The notes beneath the pieces are model-generated. The model was not told the origin of the DNA, ran no database searches, and was given only the letters and a program-made list of their open reading frames with translations. Shown here piece by piece: positions 45,963 to 55,663 of a stretch of DNA of 64,000 bases. Source of the DNA: Thermoproteota archaeon. Its GTDB lineage: Archaea; Korarchaeota; Korarchaeia; Korarchaeales; Korarchaeaceae. Both the position numbers and the translations under genes were made by a program. How positions within the stretch are numbered: position 1 is the stretch's first letter; each line of letters begins with the position of its first letter. The stretch covers positions 11,978 to 75,977 of the forward strand of contig JAOZFN010000007.1 of the NCBI GenBank assembly GCA_027492205.1, read 5' to 3'.

Positions 45963-47310
45963 CTGATCCAGCAGTCTTCGAGAGGGCTGAGTCCATCGCC
46001 TCAGCCAGCGCTAGGAGTTCCGCATCGTAAGGCAGGGCGGTCTCCACTGCTCGGTCGACCCGCAACGAGCAGATCCCCCGAGCTGGCGCCTGGGGGCTGA
46101 GGTTGAACTCTTCGGAGTACAGGCTCACGACGACGTTACCCCTCCTGAACACCAGTTCGACGCTCGCCCCGGTCGTCACCACCTCTCCCGTCTCCGGGTC
46201 CTTAAAGGTGCTTCTGGGGTCACGCAGGATCACGGCCTCACTGCCTAGACCCCTCAGCTCCTCTACGTACTCAGACCCGCGTTGGTGGAGGGAGAGCATC
46301 CACCTGGAGGCTCGCCCTTCGTCGGAGAGTATCCACATCGACGCGAAGACCACGCGAGGCCTGCCCTCCGCCATGGAGATCAGGGTCGCCCTCCACGCCC
46401 ACGCTGGCCTCGGGTCACCCGTGAGGCCGACTTGGACATCCCAAAGCATCCCCTCCGACGTCCAACACATCCCCCAACCCAACAGGGCTGCCTGCCTCAG
46501 GAACCCGCAACGAGCTGCCTTGCCCCCCTCTATCCCGATGGGCTCGGGTCTGAAGACGGATCTGGGGTCCTCGCCTGGCGCAACCTCCACGGGCCTAGTC
46601 GCCCTGGCCGTGAGGTTGGTGAGCAGATCTATCACTACAACCACAAGTGTGTAGTTGCCGGGTTGGAGGTCGGGCACCAGGAACCAGCCCCACCTTCGCC
46701 AGCTCCACGTTGTGAAGTCGTACCCGGGAGAGTAATCCACCCAGGAGCCCTCAAACAAGGGAGGGCGGGCGTCCAACCTCCAGACCTCCCTCCCGTCGCC
46801 GTCCGTGAGTCTTAGGGTGTAGCCGATCTGCCCGACGATCACATCTACACCTCTCCCCAGGGCCCCGACTTCCCCACCGTCCATCAGCTCGTCCTCGGTA
46901 CGGGGGTGGAGGCGTACGTGAAACCTCGCCACCTCGATATCGCGGTCCCCTGGATAGCAGGTCTCAAATCCTCCCCCCGACATTTTGACTACAGCCCTCG
47001 AATCCAAGCCGAGGGACTCCCCGATCTCTGAGTTGTTCAGCTTTCCCCACAGCTTTACGGAGACGTACGCTGGCCATCCCGTCTTGAACACTTGCGAGAG
47101 GGCCAAGTCCTCGATCCTCAGATCCACCAGCGCCCCAACGGTGCGGCCGTCGGGCAGCCTGCCGCACAATTTCCCAGCCAAATACCCCTGCACAGGAGCC
47201 GTGGGTGGCCCGACGAGCCTCAGATCGCCTTGAGACAGAAGGTAGCCCAAAGTCATCGCTAGCAGCATCGCCCCAGCGGCGGCCCTCCAGGGCTCTAGCG
47301 CGGCCATCAA
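45955..47310 (-). CDS. Secreted hypothetical protein with Ig-like segment
   Basis: Signal peptide; LQPGNYTLVVVVIDLLTNLTA...VEV beta-sandwich signature. Confidence 0.6.
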   Translation of the reverse strand: MMAALEPWRAAAGAMLLAMTLGYLLSQGDLRLVGPPTAPVQGYLAGKLCGRLPDGRTVGALVDLRIEDLALSQVFKTGWPAYVSVKLWGKLNNSEIGESLGLDSRAVVKMSGGGFETCYPGDRDIEVARFHVRLHPRTEDELMDGGEVGALGRGVDVIVGQIGYTLRLTDGDGREVWRLDARPPLFEGSWVDYSPGYDFTTWSWRRWGWFLVPDLQPGNYTLVVVVIDLLTNLTARATRPVEVAPGEDPRSVFRPEPIGIEGGKAARCGFLRQAALLGWGMCWTSEGMLWDVQVGLTGDPRPAWAWRATLISMAEGRPRVVFASMWILSDEGRASRWMLSLHQRGSEYVEELRGLGSEAVILRDPRSTFKDPETGEVVTTGASVELVFRRGNVVVSLYSEEFNLSPQAPARGICSLRVDRAVETALPYDAELLALAEAMDSALSKTAGSGG

Positions 47311-47511
47311 GCCGACGAAATGGCGAAACGACCTTTATACCTCGCTTCACCCTAGCGAAACCGAGGTTTCTTTGGCCTCACCATGCCGAGAGGTCCGAGG
47401 ACGACGATGACGAGGGACGCGAACCAAGCGAGCCTTTTCGAGCGGGTCGTGGGGGCGGTCTATCTGCCTGGTGAAACGTTTTTTGCGGGCGGAAGACCCG
47501 CCCGATCAAGG

Positions 47512-47811
47512 ATGCCCGAGTTCCCCGAAGAAGTGTTGACCGTCTCCAAAAAGGGTAGGGTGGAGGTGAGAGCCCTAGTCAGGAGGGGTAAGTTTGCCCT
47601 GATTGAGTATCTGGACCCGGAGACCATGGAGAGGACGGAGGACAAGTACAAGCTCGTGCTCATCGGAGACGACGGGGTGGTGGAAGAGTACTTCATTCTC
47701 CCCCTGAAGCAAGCCAACAGGCGCCTAATGGTTATTCCAAGGGAGAAAAAGGGGGATAAGCTCATGGTGTGGAACCGCGAGGCCCAGAGGGCCGAGCCAA
47801 TGTTCCCATGA
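47512..47811 (+). CDS. Hypothetical protein (beta-rich, 99 aa)
   Basis: MPEFPEEVL...; typical codon usage. Confidence 0.65.
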   Translation: MPEFPEEVLTVSKKGRVEVRALVRRGKFALIEYLDPETMERTEDKYKLVLIGDDGVVEEYFILPLKQANRRLMVIPREKKGDKLMVWNREAQRAEPMFP

Positions 47812-47899
47812 GATCTTTGGACATTGAGGGCAGTCTCTACGCGATTAGTGTGAATGTTTTAAACAAATTGGCGGCGCGCCCATCCCCGGGGGTCTTGGG

Positions 47900-48718
47900 C
47901 TGAAGAGGAAGGCTATAGAGATCTCCACGCTCTCAGTAGTCACCGCCCGACCTGAAGACGCTATTCTGAAGGCAGCCAAGGTGATGACGAGGGGGTGGTT
48001 CCGGCGCCTGCCGGTGCTGGAGGAGGGCCGAGTGATCGGGCTCGTGACGGCCAGAGACGTGTTGAAGGCCATCTCGGAGGCCATCAGACCGGACGCAGGT
48101 CGCTCCTGCGTAATAGAGGCCCTTAGAAAACCCCTAAGGAGCGTCCTCCACGCCCCTCCCGCCGTCGTCGACCCCTATGCCCCGATAAAGGATGTGCTGG
48201 AGACCGTGCTGTCGACCGACGCGGGAGCCGCGCTGGTGGTTGACGAGAGTGGAAGGCTGCTAGGCATAGTTACCGAGAGGGACCTCCTCAACGCCCTAAA
48301 AGACTCTGTAGAGGTCCGGGAGAGCGTCGAAGAGATCATGACCCGGGATGTGAGAACCCTGAAGCCCGGCGACCCGGTTTACATGGCCGTCAGGGGCATG
48401 GTCGAGGGCGGGTTCAGGAGGTACCCCGTGGTGGACGAGGGCGGCAAACTCCTCGGCATAGTGACGGCGCGGGATCTCGTGGCCCTGGCTTCGGGGTGCG
48501 AGGAGGATGTCTCGGCCGCCGACTCCTTCTTTGGTCCTGTGGAGAGGGTCATGACCAAGAATCCTCTGACCGTGAGCCCCCAGTTCGGGGTGATGGCCGC
48601 CGTCAGGAGGACCACCGAGGCCGGGGTAGGCGCGCTACCGGTGGTGACGGCGGGGCGGCTCGTCGGCATAGTGACTGAGATGGACCTCCTGAGGGCGATA
48701 GCCAAGCACCTCGAGTAG
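47900..48718 (+). CDS. Four-CBS-domain protein
   Basis: FRRLPV...GLVTARD, GIVTERD, FRRYPV...GIVTARD, GALPV...GIVTEMD; first CBS needs a start upstream of 47981 (CTG at 47900). Confidence 0.88.
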   Translation: MKRKAIEISTLSVVTARPEDAILKAAKVMTRGWFRRLPVLEEGRVIGLVTARDVLKAISEAIRPDAGRSCVIEALRKPLRSVLHAPPAVVDPYAPIKDVLETVLSTDAGAALVVDESGRLLGIVTERDLLNALKDSVEVRESVEEIMTRDVRTLKPGDPVYMAVRGMVEGGFRRYPVVDEGGKLLGIVTARDLVALASGCEEDVSAADSFFGPVERVMTKNPLTVSPQFGVMAAVRRTTEAGVGALPVVTAGRLVGIVTEMDLLRAIAKHLE

Positions 48719-48743
48719 CCTCGCGCCCCAGCGCGTGGGTCGG

Positions 48744-49901
48744 CTACCCCACCACCGCCGTTTCACCCTCGAACGCGCCTTTCTCAAATCTATCAGGCGA
48801 GAACGGCTCCAATGGGAGGTCAAGGGGTTCCCCTGCTATGAGCTGGGCCACCAGGTGGGCTGTGGCCGGGCCCATCATGAATCCGTGCCCGCTGAAGCCG
48901 TTGACCTGTATGAAGCCCTCAACGCCCCTCACGGGACCCGTGATCTGACGCGCGTCCGGGGTGACGTCGTACAGACCCGCCCACTGTCTGACGACCCTCA
49001 CCCCCCTCAGCGGCGGGATGTACTTGGCCAGGAGTCTCGCCATGGTGATCAGGAACCTAGGGCTGGACTCGAAGTTGTATCCCGGCTTCTCGTTGGGGTC
49101 TCCCCAGCCACCGATTATCCCGCCCCGGGAGGACTGTCTGAAGTAGACGTTGTCGTGGAAGGAGATCACCATGGGCCTCAGGAAGGGCTTGACTGGTTCG
49201 GTGACCAGTATCTCGTGCCTGTAGGGCCTGTTGGGCAGGCTGACCCCAGCCGTCTCGGCGACCAGCCTTGACCAGGCTCCGGCCGCGTTGACGACCCACT
49301 CCGCCCTGACTACTCCCCTGGAGGTCTTGACGCCCCTAGCCTGGCCGTCCTCCACGATTACCCTCTCCACCTCCGTGAAGGTGAATATCTCGGCCCCCAG
49401 CCTCTCGGCGGCCCTCGCATAGCCGAACGTGACCTTGAAGGGATCCGCGTACCCGTCTGTCGGATTCCAGGCCGCCCCAAGGGCCCCTATACCCTCGACG
49501 TCCAGCTCGGGCACTATCTCCCGAATTTCCCCGGGCTCCAGCCACCTGACGGGGAGGCCGAGTGACCTCTGCATCCTCATGTTCCTCTCGAAGTCCTCGA
49601 CCTCCCGCTCGGTCTTCGCCAGGATCAAGTACCCGCCCTGCCTATATCCGGTCTCAACGCCCAGCTCCTGGTTGAGGTTCTTGTAGATCTCGACGCTCTT
49701 CATCGCCAGTCTGACGTGATCCTCGGTGGACCACTGCTGCCTTATCCCGCCCGGACAGCGGCCCGTCGCCCCCGAGGTTATGTAGGAGCGGTCGAAGACC
49801 GCAACGCTCAGTCCCCTGCTGGCGAGGTAGTAGGCGGTCGCGCAGCCGATTATCCCCGCCCCAATCACGGCGACGTCGTAACTCTCCCTCGGCCGCCTCA
49901 C
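48744..49901 (-). CDS. Dye-linked L-proline dehydrogenase / sarcosine oxidase beta-like FAD subunit
   Basis: GAGIIG, GATGRCPGGIRQQW, WAGLYDVTPD, GFSGHGFMMGP. Confidence 0.88.
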   Translation of the reverse strand: MRRPRESYDVAVIGAGIIGCATAYYLASRGLSVAVFDRSYITSGATGRCPGGIRQQWSTEDHVRLAMKSVEIYKNLNQELGVETGYRQGGYLILAKTEREVEDFERNMRMQRSLGLPVRWLEPGEIREIVPELDVEGIGALGAAWNPTDGYADPFKVTFGYARAAERLGAEIFTFTEVERVIVEDGQARGVKTSRGVVRAEWVVNAAGAWSRLVAETAGVSLPNRPYRHEILVTEPVKPFLRPMVISFHDNVYFRQSSRGGIIGGWGDPNEKPGYNFESSPRFLITMARLLAKYIPPLRGVRVVRQWAGLYDVTPDARQITGPVRGVEGFIQVNGFSGHGFMMGPATAHLVAQLIAGEPLDLPLEPFSPDRFEKGAFEGETAVVG

Positions 49902-50239
49902 GGATCACCCCCTCCCTCGGGCTCGCGCCCTCCGGGCTCAAGCAGGGCCAGGTGTCCAATGGGGACGGGCACTATGGGGGGCCTGACCCTCGGGAGCTCT
50001 CGCATGACCTCTGAGGCGGGGACCCCCAGCTCCCTCGCCAAGACCCCGGCGGCCAGCCTCAGGCAGGTCCTCCCCTGGCACGGCCCCATCCCGATCCTCA
50101 GTATTCGCTTCAGCTCGTCGAGCGTCCTGGCGCCGTGGACCCTGATCGCCTCCAGGACCTCAGCCATCGTAACATCCTCGCACCTGCATATCGTCACCTC
50201 GTCCTCGCCCGCCAACCCACCATCACCCCCCCGTCCCAT
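49898..50239 (-). CDS. BFD-like [2Fe-2S] small subunit of the dehydrogenase complex
   Basis: ICRCEDV, RIGMGPCQGRTC, RPP. Confidence 0.85.
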   Translation of the reverse strand: MGRGGDGGLAGEDEVTICRCEDVTMAEVLEAIRVHGARTLDELKRILRIGMGPCQGRTCLRLAAGVLARELGVPASEVMRELPRVRPPIVPVPIGHLALLEPGGREPEGGGDP

Positions 50240-50708
50240 CCTCCGGCGGGAGGATTGCCCGCACGCTGTGGGCCAGCCCCCTGGGTACTCTGATCGTGAC
50301 CATGGAGGTCCTGTCCTTCGACGTCACCGCCCTAACCACCTCGGCCGTCGCCACCCTCCTGCCCACCCTGTCCAGAGCCCAGACGACCTCCCCCCTCTTG
50401 GGGACAGGGAGGAACTCGTACGGGACGGACACCTCGGCCCACTCCCCGTCGAGCTTCACCATGAAGATCGCCAGCCCGGGGCAGGCCAGCACGCAGGTCC
50501 CGCACCCGATGCACGCGTCCCAGTCGCACCTCGGCGGAGTCGTGATGGCGGGCTTGATGACCGCCTTGACGGGGCACACCCACCTGCAGGTGTCGCATGG
50601 GATCTCCTCGTGGCACTCTATGACCGCGACGGCTCTTCCCTCGGCCTTCTCGTCCGGCGGGAGGAGCTCGGCCAGCACATCCTCCGGAATGACGCCGGGC
50701 TCGCTCAT
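50223..50708 (-). CDS. [4Fe-4S] ferredoxin subunit of the dehydrogenase complex
   Basis: EC.EEIPCDTCRWVCP, CIGCGTCVLACPGLAIF, PYEFLP. Confidence 0.88.
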   Translation of the reverse strand: MSEPGVIPEDVLAELLPPDEKAEGRAVAVIECHEEIPCDTCRWVCPVKAVIKPAITTPPRCDWDACIGCGTCVLACPGLAIFMVKLDGEWAEVSVPYEFLPVPKRGEVVWALDRVGRRVATAEVVRAVTSKDRTSMVTIRVPRGLAHSVRAILPPEDGTGG

Positions 50709-52144
50709 CCGATCACCTCCCTGGCCCTCTCCCACACCCTCTGCTTGCCTCTCACGACCTTCGCGCTGAACGGGCCGCTCCTGAACGACTCGAGCTGGCG
50801 AAGGGCCTCCTTGATCACCCCCTCGGCCCTGTCCGGCCTCAGTCCCAGCTCGGCGGCGGCGTGCGCGCCCGCCACCCTCCCCTCCAGCATGGCCGTCGTC
50901 GCCTCCTCTATCCCTGAGGAGTCTCCAGCCACGTACATACCCTCCACGGAGGTTCTGAGGTAAGGGTCGTGTATCGGGACGGGCCCTCCCAGCTCCGGCA
51001 CGTAGTCCCACGCGGCCCCAGCCTGCCGGGGTATCTCCGTGGAGGGCGTGAGTCCCACCGCCAGCACGATCATGTCCACGTCGAAACTCTCCTCGGTGCC
51101 CTCGATGGGCCTGAAATTCTCGTCCACCCGGACTATCTCCGCCCCCTCCACCCTCTCCCTCCCGACCGCCCTCCTGAGGGTATGCCTCAGGAGAATGGGG
51201 ACCCCCATCCTCCTGACCTTGGCGGCGTGCACCGCGTAGCCCCCGATCTTCGGCATTATCTCCACGATCGCCTTGACGTCAACCCCAGCCTGGAGGAGCT
51301 GGTAGGCCAGTATGAGTCCCACGTTTCCGGCGCCCACGATCAGGGCGCTCTCCCCGGGCACCACCCCGAAGACGTGCATGAGCGTCTGCAGCCCGCCGGC
51401 CCCCATCACCCCCGGCAGGTCGTTGTTCGGGAAGGGGATCATGTTCTCCATGGCCCCGGTGGAGACCACCACTGCGTCCGCCCTGATCCTCCAGGGCCCC
51501 TCGGGAGTGCTCACCACGACGTCGTGCGATCTACCCGAGTAATCGGCGATGACGGTCGCCCGGGTGAGCCATGTGGCGCTTAGCCCGTCTAGCTCCCTGA
51601 GGAGGATCCTCGCTATCTCTATTCCCCTCACGCCGGCGTAGTTCTCCCTCGACCCGAAGAACTTGTGAGTCTGCTTGATCAGCTGCCCGCCGGGCCTCAC
51701 GTTCTCGTCTGCAATGGCCACCCTGGCCCCGAGCCTGGACGCCTCTATGGCGGCAGACAGCCCCGCGGGTCCACCGCCTATCACCAGGAGGTCGACGTCC
51801 AGCTCGCCAGCCTTGGCCTCGGGAGGGGGGGCCTCTGGGAGTTCGCCTAGGGGGCGCTGCCTCCAGACCTCCACGCCGTCCCTCACGGGTGTGATGCACG
51901 TCCTGACGTTTGGAACGCCATCCACGGTCATCAGGCAGGAGGAGCACTTCCCGATTCCGCAGAAGAACCCTCTTGGTCTCCGCCTCTTTGGGCTCCAGCC
52001 CAGGGTGAGGACGCCCTCTGCCACGAGGGCTGCGGCGATGCTCTCCGACTCAAAGGCCCTTATTCGCCTGCCCTCGAAGTTGAACTCGACTTCTCTCCCC
52101 CTGTCGAACTCGAGAATTGGGTGGGCCATCAGCCTCCGCGGCAA
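50705..52144 (-). CDS. Dehydrogenase alpha subunit ([2Fe-2S] plus FAD/NAD oxidoreductase)
   Basis: HPILEF, FCGIGKCSSC...RTC, GGGPAG, GGQLIKQTHKFFG, GAGNVG. Confidence 0.88.
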   Translation of the reverse strand: MPRRLMAHPILEFDRGREVEFNFEGRRIRAFESESIAAALVAEGVLTLGWSPKRRRPRGFFCGIGKCSSCLMTVDGVPNVRTCITPVRDGVEVWRQRPLGELPEAPPPEAKAGELDVDLLVIGGGPAGLSAAIEASRLGARVAIADENVRPGGQLIKQTHKFFGSRENYAGVRGIEIARILLRELDGLSATWLTRATVIADYSGRSHDVVVSTPEGPWRIRADAVVVSTGAMENMIPFPNNDLPGVMGAGGLQTLMHVFGVVPGESALIVGAGNVGLILAYQLLQAGVDVKAIVEIMPKIGGYAVHAAKVRRMGVPILLRHTLRRAVGRERVEGAEIVRVDENFRPIEGTEESFDVDMIVLAVGLTPSTEIPRQAGAAWDYVPELGGPVPIHDPYLRTSVEGMYVAGDSSGIEEATTAMLEGRVAGAHAAAELGLRPDRAEGVIKEALRQLESFRSGPFSAKVVRGKQRVWERAREVIG

Positions 52145-52177
52145 ATTGGATCGTGGGGGCCCTGTCAGGCACAAACG

Positions 52178-53149
52178 TTAAAGACTTGAAGTCTCACCAA
52201 AGCGACCCTCTCCCGGCTTGGGAAACTCAGCTAACTTGTGGGCAAGCCTCACAGGCGTAGGAATCCTCGTTCCTCCCCTGAACTTCTTGACTATCTTGGC
52301 AGAGCCCTCCAATGACACCTTGTGGCCGGGAGAGACGTAGACCGGCCTGCCCTCAGGCTTCACCGGAAGGGCCCACCCCACCTGCCTGGTCATGTAGATC
52401 AGCTCCTCTCCGCGGATCTTACCGACCAGCCTCCGCTTGGCCACCCCCAGGGCTGGGATGTCGAGGCAGACTCCGACGTGGCTGGCCTCACCGAAGAAGA
52501 CCGGATGCGCGATTCCATGGCCGTCCATCATCGCCACGTCAAAGCTCAGCCTCGACAGCGCCCGTGCCAGGGCCGGGAACTCTCGAAAGCCCAGGTAGGT
52601 CGGCACGTAGGGCATTACCGCCGGAGAGATCTGAATAGACCCGTCAACCACCCTGAGATCCGTGTCCACGACGACGACGGCCCCTCTTGCGACCTCGACT
52701 GGGAGGCCCCCCTCGTCGCGCTCCCAGCGGTACGCCACGTCGGCCCCCGCAACGAGCTCTGGCCTCTCGACCTCATCCTCCAAAATCACTCTCTCGGCCA
52801 ATATCCGTTGAGTTCTTCTCATCTCAGCCAGAATGGGCCTAGCCTCGAGTTCTCCGGCTTCTACTAGCCTTCTAGTCAGATCAACCACCCTCCCCCCCTT
52901 AACGACGACGCCCTCCTCCCTCAGGAATTCCTCTGCCCCGCGCAGGATCTCGCCCCGCGACGACACTACCCTATGCCACGGAACCCCGTAGGCCCTCCCC
53001 ATAACCGAAATCACCTCGGCCACGGCCTTGGCCGCCCTGTAGTCGCCGAGCGTCCTCGCTATCTCTCCGAAGGTCGTCAGCCTCCCCCTGGGAACCGAGT
53101 CGGCTGCCCTCAAGATCTCCACGTAGACGGGTCCGGGGCGGAGAGGCAC
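52178..53149 (-). CDS. nfi: Alkyltransferase-like (ATL) domain fused to endonuclease V
   Basis: N-terminal PWHRVV (Trp for Cys); EndoV GADVAY, PYVPTYLGFRE, DGHGIAHP, GVAK, YVSPGH. Confidence 0.9.
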   Translation of the reverse strand: MPLRPGPVYVEILRAADSVPRGRLTTFGEIARTLGDYRAAKAVAEVISVMGRAYGVPWHRVVSSRGEILRGAEEFLREEGVVVKGGRVVDLTRRLVEAGELEARPILAEMRRTQRILAERVILEDEVERPELVAGADVAYRWERDEGGLPVEVARGAVVVVDTDLRVVDGSIQISPAVMPYVPTYLGFREFPALARALSRLSFDVAMMDGHGIAHPVFFGEASHVGVCLDIPALGVAKRRLVGKIRGEELIYMTRQVGWALPVKPEGRPVYVSPGHKVSLEGSAKIVKKFRGGTRIPTPVRLAHKLAEFPKPGEGRFGETSSL

Positions 53150-53219
53150 CGGATACGTCGTTCCGGGGTGGCTATAAGGAGAGCCACGGCTTTATTTCCC
53201 ACCCCCGCTCCGAACCCCC

Positions 53220-53900
53220 GTGCGGGTCCAAGTGAGGCTCTTCGCCTCGTTCAGGGAGGCTGCCGGTAGGTCTCAGCTGGATGTGGAACTAGGGGATGGT
53301 TCGAAGGTAGAGGACCTCGTTAGGGAACTCGAAGGCCTAATCCCCGACATAGTCGCAAGGCTCGAGGAAGGAAGGGTCGTCGTGGCGGTCAACGGACGCT
53401 TCGCGAGGCCTGACGACTCCCTGCGCGACGGGGATCTGGTGGCCGTCTTCCCTCCTGTGTCGGGCGGGGGGCCCAAGGTGGGCCTCTTCGACGAACTTCC
53501 CTCGGTGGATGACCTGCTTTCGGAGGTGTCTCCCGAGTCCGGGGAGGCTGGGGCCGTGGTCGTGTTCGTCGGCGTGGTCAGGGGGCACTCTCCGGAGGGC
53601 AGGGTGCGCCGGCTGGAGTACGAGGCCTACGAGGAGATGGCCCTCAGGGAGATGGAGTTAATCCGGGCGGAGGCGCTCCAGACAAGGGGGGTCAGGGACG
53701 TCGTGATCTACCACGCGCTCGGCGTGAGGGAGCCGGGAGATCCCGTGATGCTGGTGGCCGTGGCCGCCGAGCACAGGAAGGAGGCGTTCGAGACGATCGC
53801 TCGCGTGGTTAACGCCGTTAAGAGCAGGGTTCCGATCTGGAAGAAGGAAATCACCGAAAAGGGCGGCAGATGGGTCGAAGAGGGAACCCCGTGGGGTTGA
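53220..53900 (+). CDS. Molybdopterin synthase MoaD-MoaE fusion
   Basis: Ubiquitin-like domain ending PPVSGG, read through into MoaE (GAVVVFVGVVR, LEYEAY, HR, PIWKKE). Confidence 0.92.
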   Translation: MRVQVRLFASFREAAGRSQLDVELGDGSKVEDLVRELEGLIPDIVARLEEGRVVVAVNGRFARPDDSLRDGDLVAVFPPVSGGGPKVGLFDELPSVDDLLSEVSPESGEAGAVVVFVGVVRGHSPEGRVRRLEYEAYEEMALREMELIRAEALQTRGVRDVVIYHALGVREPGDPVMLVAVAAEHRKEAFETIARVVNAVKSRVPIWKKEITEKGGRWVEEGTPWG

Positions 53901-53942
53901 GGTGGGTTTTTTACCTCCTCCTCAGCCGGGCCTTCGATCGAA

Positions 53943-54908
53943 TTGAGGGTGGTTGACCCGTTCGATCGACCGGTCCACAACGTCAGGATATCCGTCACGA
54001 GCGCCTGCAACTTCTCCTGCTTCTACTGCCACAGGGAGGGGTACGTACCCAACGGCGCAGAGATGACCGCGGAGGAGATAGGGAGGATCGTAAAGATCTT
54101 GGCCGAGACCGGCGTCTCGAGGGTGAAGCTCACGGGCGGCGAGCCCACCGTCAGACCCGACATAGTCGAAATAGTCCGCCGCATCTCGGATGTGGATGGA
54201 ATAGTCGACCTGAGCATGGTGACCAACGGGTCGAAGCTCGCGGGCCTGGCCGCCGAGCTGAGGGACGCTGGCCTAGACAGGCTGAACGTGAGTCTCCCCA
54301 GCCTGTACCCTGAGAGGTTCCGTGCCATAACACGGGTGGACATGCTGAGAGAGGTCGTCCGGGGGGTAGAGGCCGCCGCGGCCGTCGGGTTCAGGCAGCT
54401 CAAGCTGAACAGGGTCCTCCTGAGAGGCGTGAATGAGGATGAGACGCGCGAACTCATCGACCTTGCCAGGGACGTCGGGGCCGTGGTTCAGCTCATTCAG
54501 CTGGAGGATGCCGATCCGGAGTCCCCCCTAATAAGGAGGTACGGGATCACGCTCGAGGAGCTCGTCGAGACCGTCAAGGGGCTGGGGGGTAGGCTCGTCC
54601 ACATCAGACACGACATGCAGAACCGGCTGGTCTTCGACGTGGGCGGGGTTGAGGTGGAGCTGGTCGGGCCAATGGGGAACCCCGACTTCTGCGCGAGGTG
54701 CACAAGGATAAGGATAACAAGCGACGGCCGCTTCAAGCCGTGCCTGTTTCTGGAGGAAAACACCGTGGACTTCCTTAGTTCCATGAGATCGGGGGCCAGC
54801 GACGAGGAGCTCAGGCAGATATACCTAAGGGCGGTCTCCCTCAGGAAGCCGTACTTCGGGTGGGTGGTTCCGGTGGCGGAGGAGGGGGGTGTTGTCGCTG
54901 GACGTTAG
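53943..54908 (+). CDS. moaA: GTP 3',8-cyclase
   Basis: RISVTSACNFSCFYC, TGGEP, FCARCTRIRITSDG..KPCL. Confidence 0.95.
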   Translation: MRVVDPFDRPVHNVRISVTSACNFSCFYCHREGYVPNGAEMTAEEIGRIVKILAETGVSRVKLTGGEPTVRPDIVEIVRRISDVDGIVDLSMVTNGSKLAGLAAELRDAGLDRLNVSLPSLYPERFRAITRVDMLREVVRGVEAAAAVGFRQLKLNRVLLRGVNEDETRELIDLARDVGAVVQLIQLEDADPESPLIRRYGITLEELVETVKGLGGRLVHIRHDMQNRLVFDVGGVEVELVGPMGNPDFCARCTRIRITSDGRFKPCLFLEENTVDFLSSMRSGASDEELRQIYLRAVSLRKPYFGWVVPVAEEGGVVAGR

Positions 54909-55365
54909 GATGGTGGACATAACGGGTAAGGGGGACGTGTTCAGGGCCGCGCGGGCCCGCGGATTCATCAGGCTGACCGAGGAGAGCCTGAGGAGGATAA
55001 GAGAGGGAAGGGTCGAGAAGGGCGACGTGTACTCGGTGGCCAGGGTGGCCGCAATCTTGGCTGTCAAGAGGACCCCCGAGCTGGTGCCCCTCTGCCACCC
55101 CATCCCCATCACCGGGGTAGAGGTGGACATCCGGGCGCTAGACGATGGGGTCGAGGTGGAGGTCACCGTGAAGAGCGTCGGCAAGACGGGGGTTGAGATG
55201 GAGGCCCTCGCCGGCGTCTCCGCGGCGCTCTTGGCGGTGTGGGACATGGTAAAGAAGTACGAGAAGGACGAGCGCGGCCAGTACCCTCACACCAAGATTG
55301 AGCGGATTGAGGTTGTCGAGAAAGAGAAGGGAAGGTTAGATGGCTTCAGTGTAACGGGTTCTTAA
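54889..55365 (+). CDS. moaC: Cyclic pyranopterin monophosphate synthase
   Basis: MVDIT.K, KGD, PLCHP, KTGVEMEAL, WDMVK. Confidence 0.96.
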   Translation: MLSLDVRMVDITGKGDVFRAARARGFIRLTEESLRRIREGRVEKGDVYSVARVAAILAVKRTPELVPLCHPIPITGVEVDIRALDDGVEVEVTVKSVGKTGVEMEALAGVSAALLAVWDMVKKYEKDERGQYPHTKIERIEVVEKEKGRLDGFSVTGS

Positions 55366-55366
55366 C

Positions 55367-55600
55367 CTAGGCCCTCTTCTCCGATCGGGCCCTAGACCTG
55401 ATGAGCCGAAGCCCCTTGGGGGTTATGTAGACCCTCCCACCGGCGCCCTGCCTCTTGACCCTGATGTACCCCTTCCTTGAGAGGAACTTCAGGACAAACT
55501 CCCTGTACTCCCTCTTTGGGATGAGCTCGCTCGCTGGAACACCCTCCTCGCCCGCCTCGGCGACCTCTCTCAGCATCCGAATGTGGGACTCGAGCAACAT
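55367..55600 (-). CDS. Small winged-helix protein
   Basis: LSRKGYI...VYITPKG. Confidence 0.65.
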   Translation of the reverse strand: MLLESHIRMLREVAEAGEEGVPASELIPKREYREFVLKFLSRKGYIRVKRQGAGGRVYITPKGLRLIRSRARSEKRA

Positions 55601-55663
55601 ATCCTATCACGGTGTTAACCGGGCCCCAGATTAAAACTCAACGGTGGTTATAGGGGGAGGGCG

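Noticed and set aside
47380-47505. Possible C/D sRNA (CCGA...ATGACGA) and hairpin CGGGCGG/CCGCCCG
   Set aside because: The box set is incomplete, and a 7-bp GC stem is expected by chance at this GC content.
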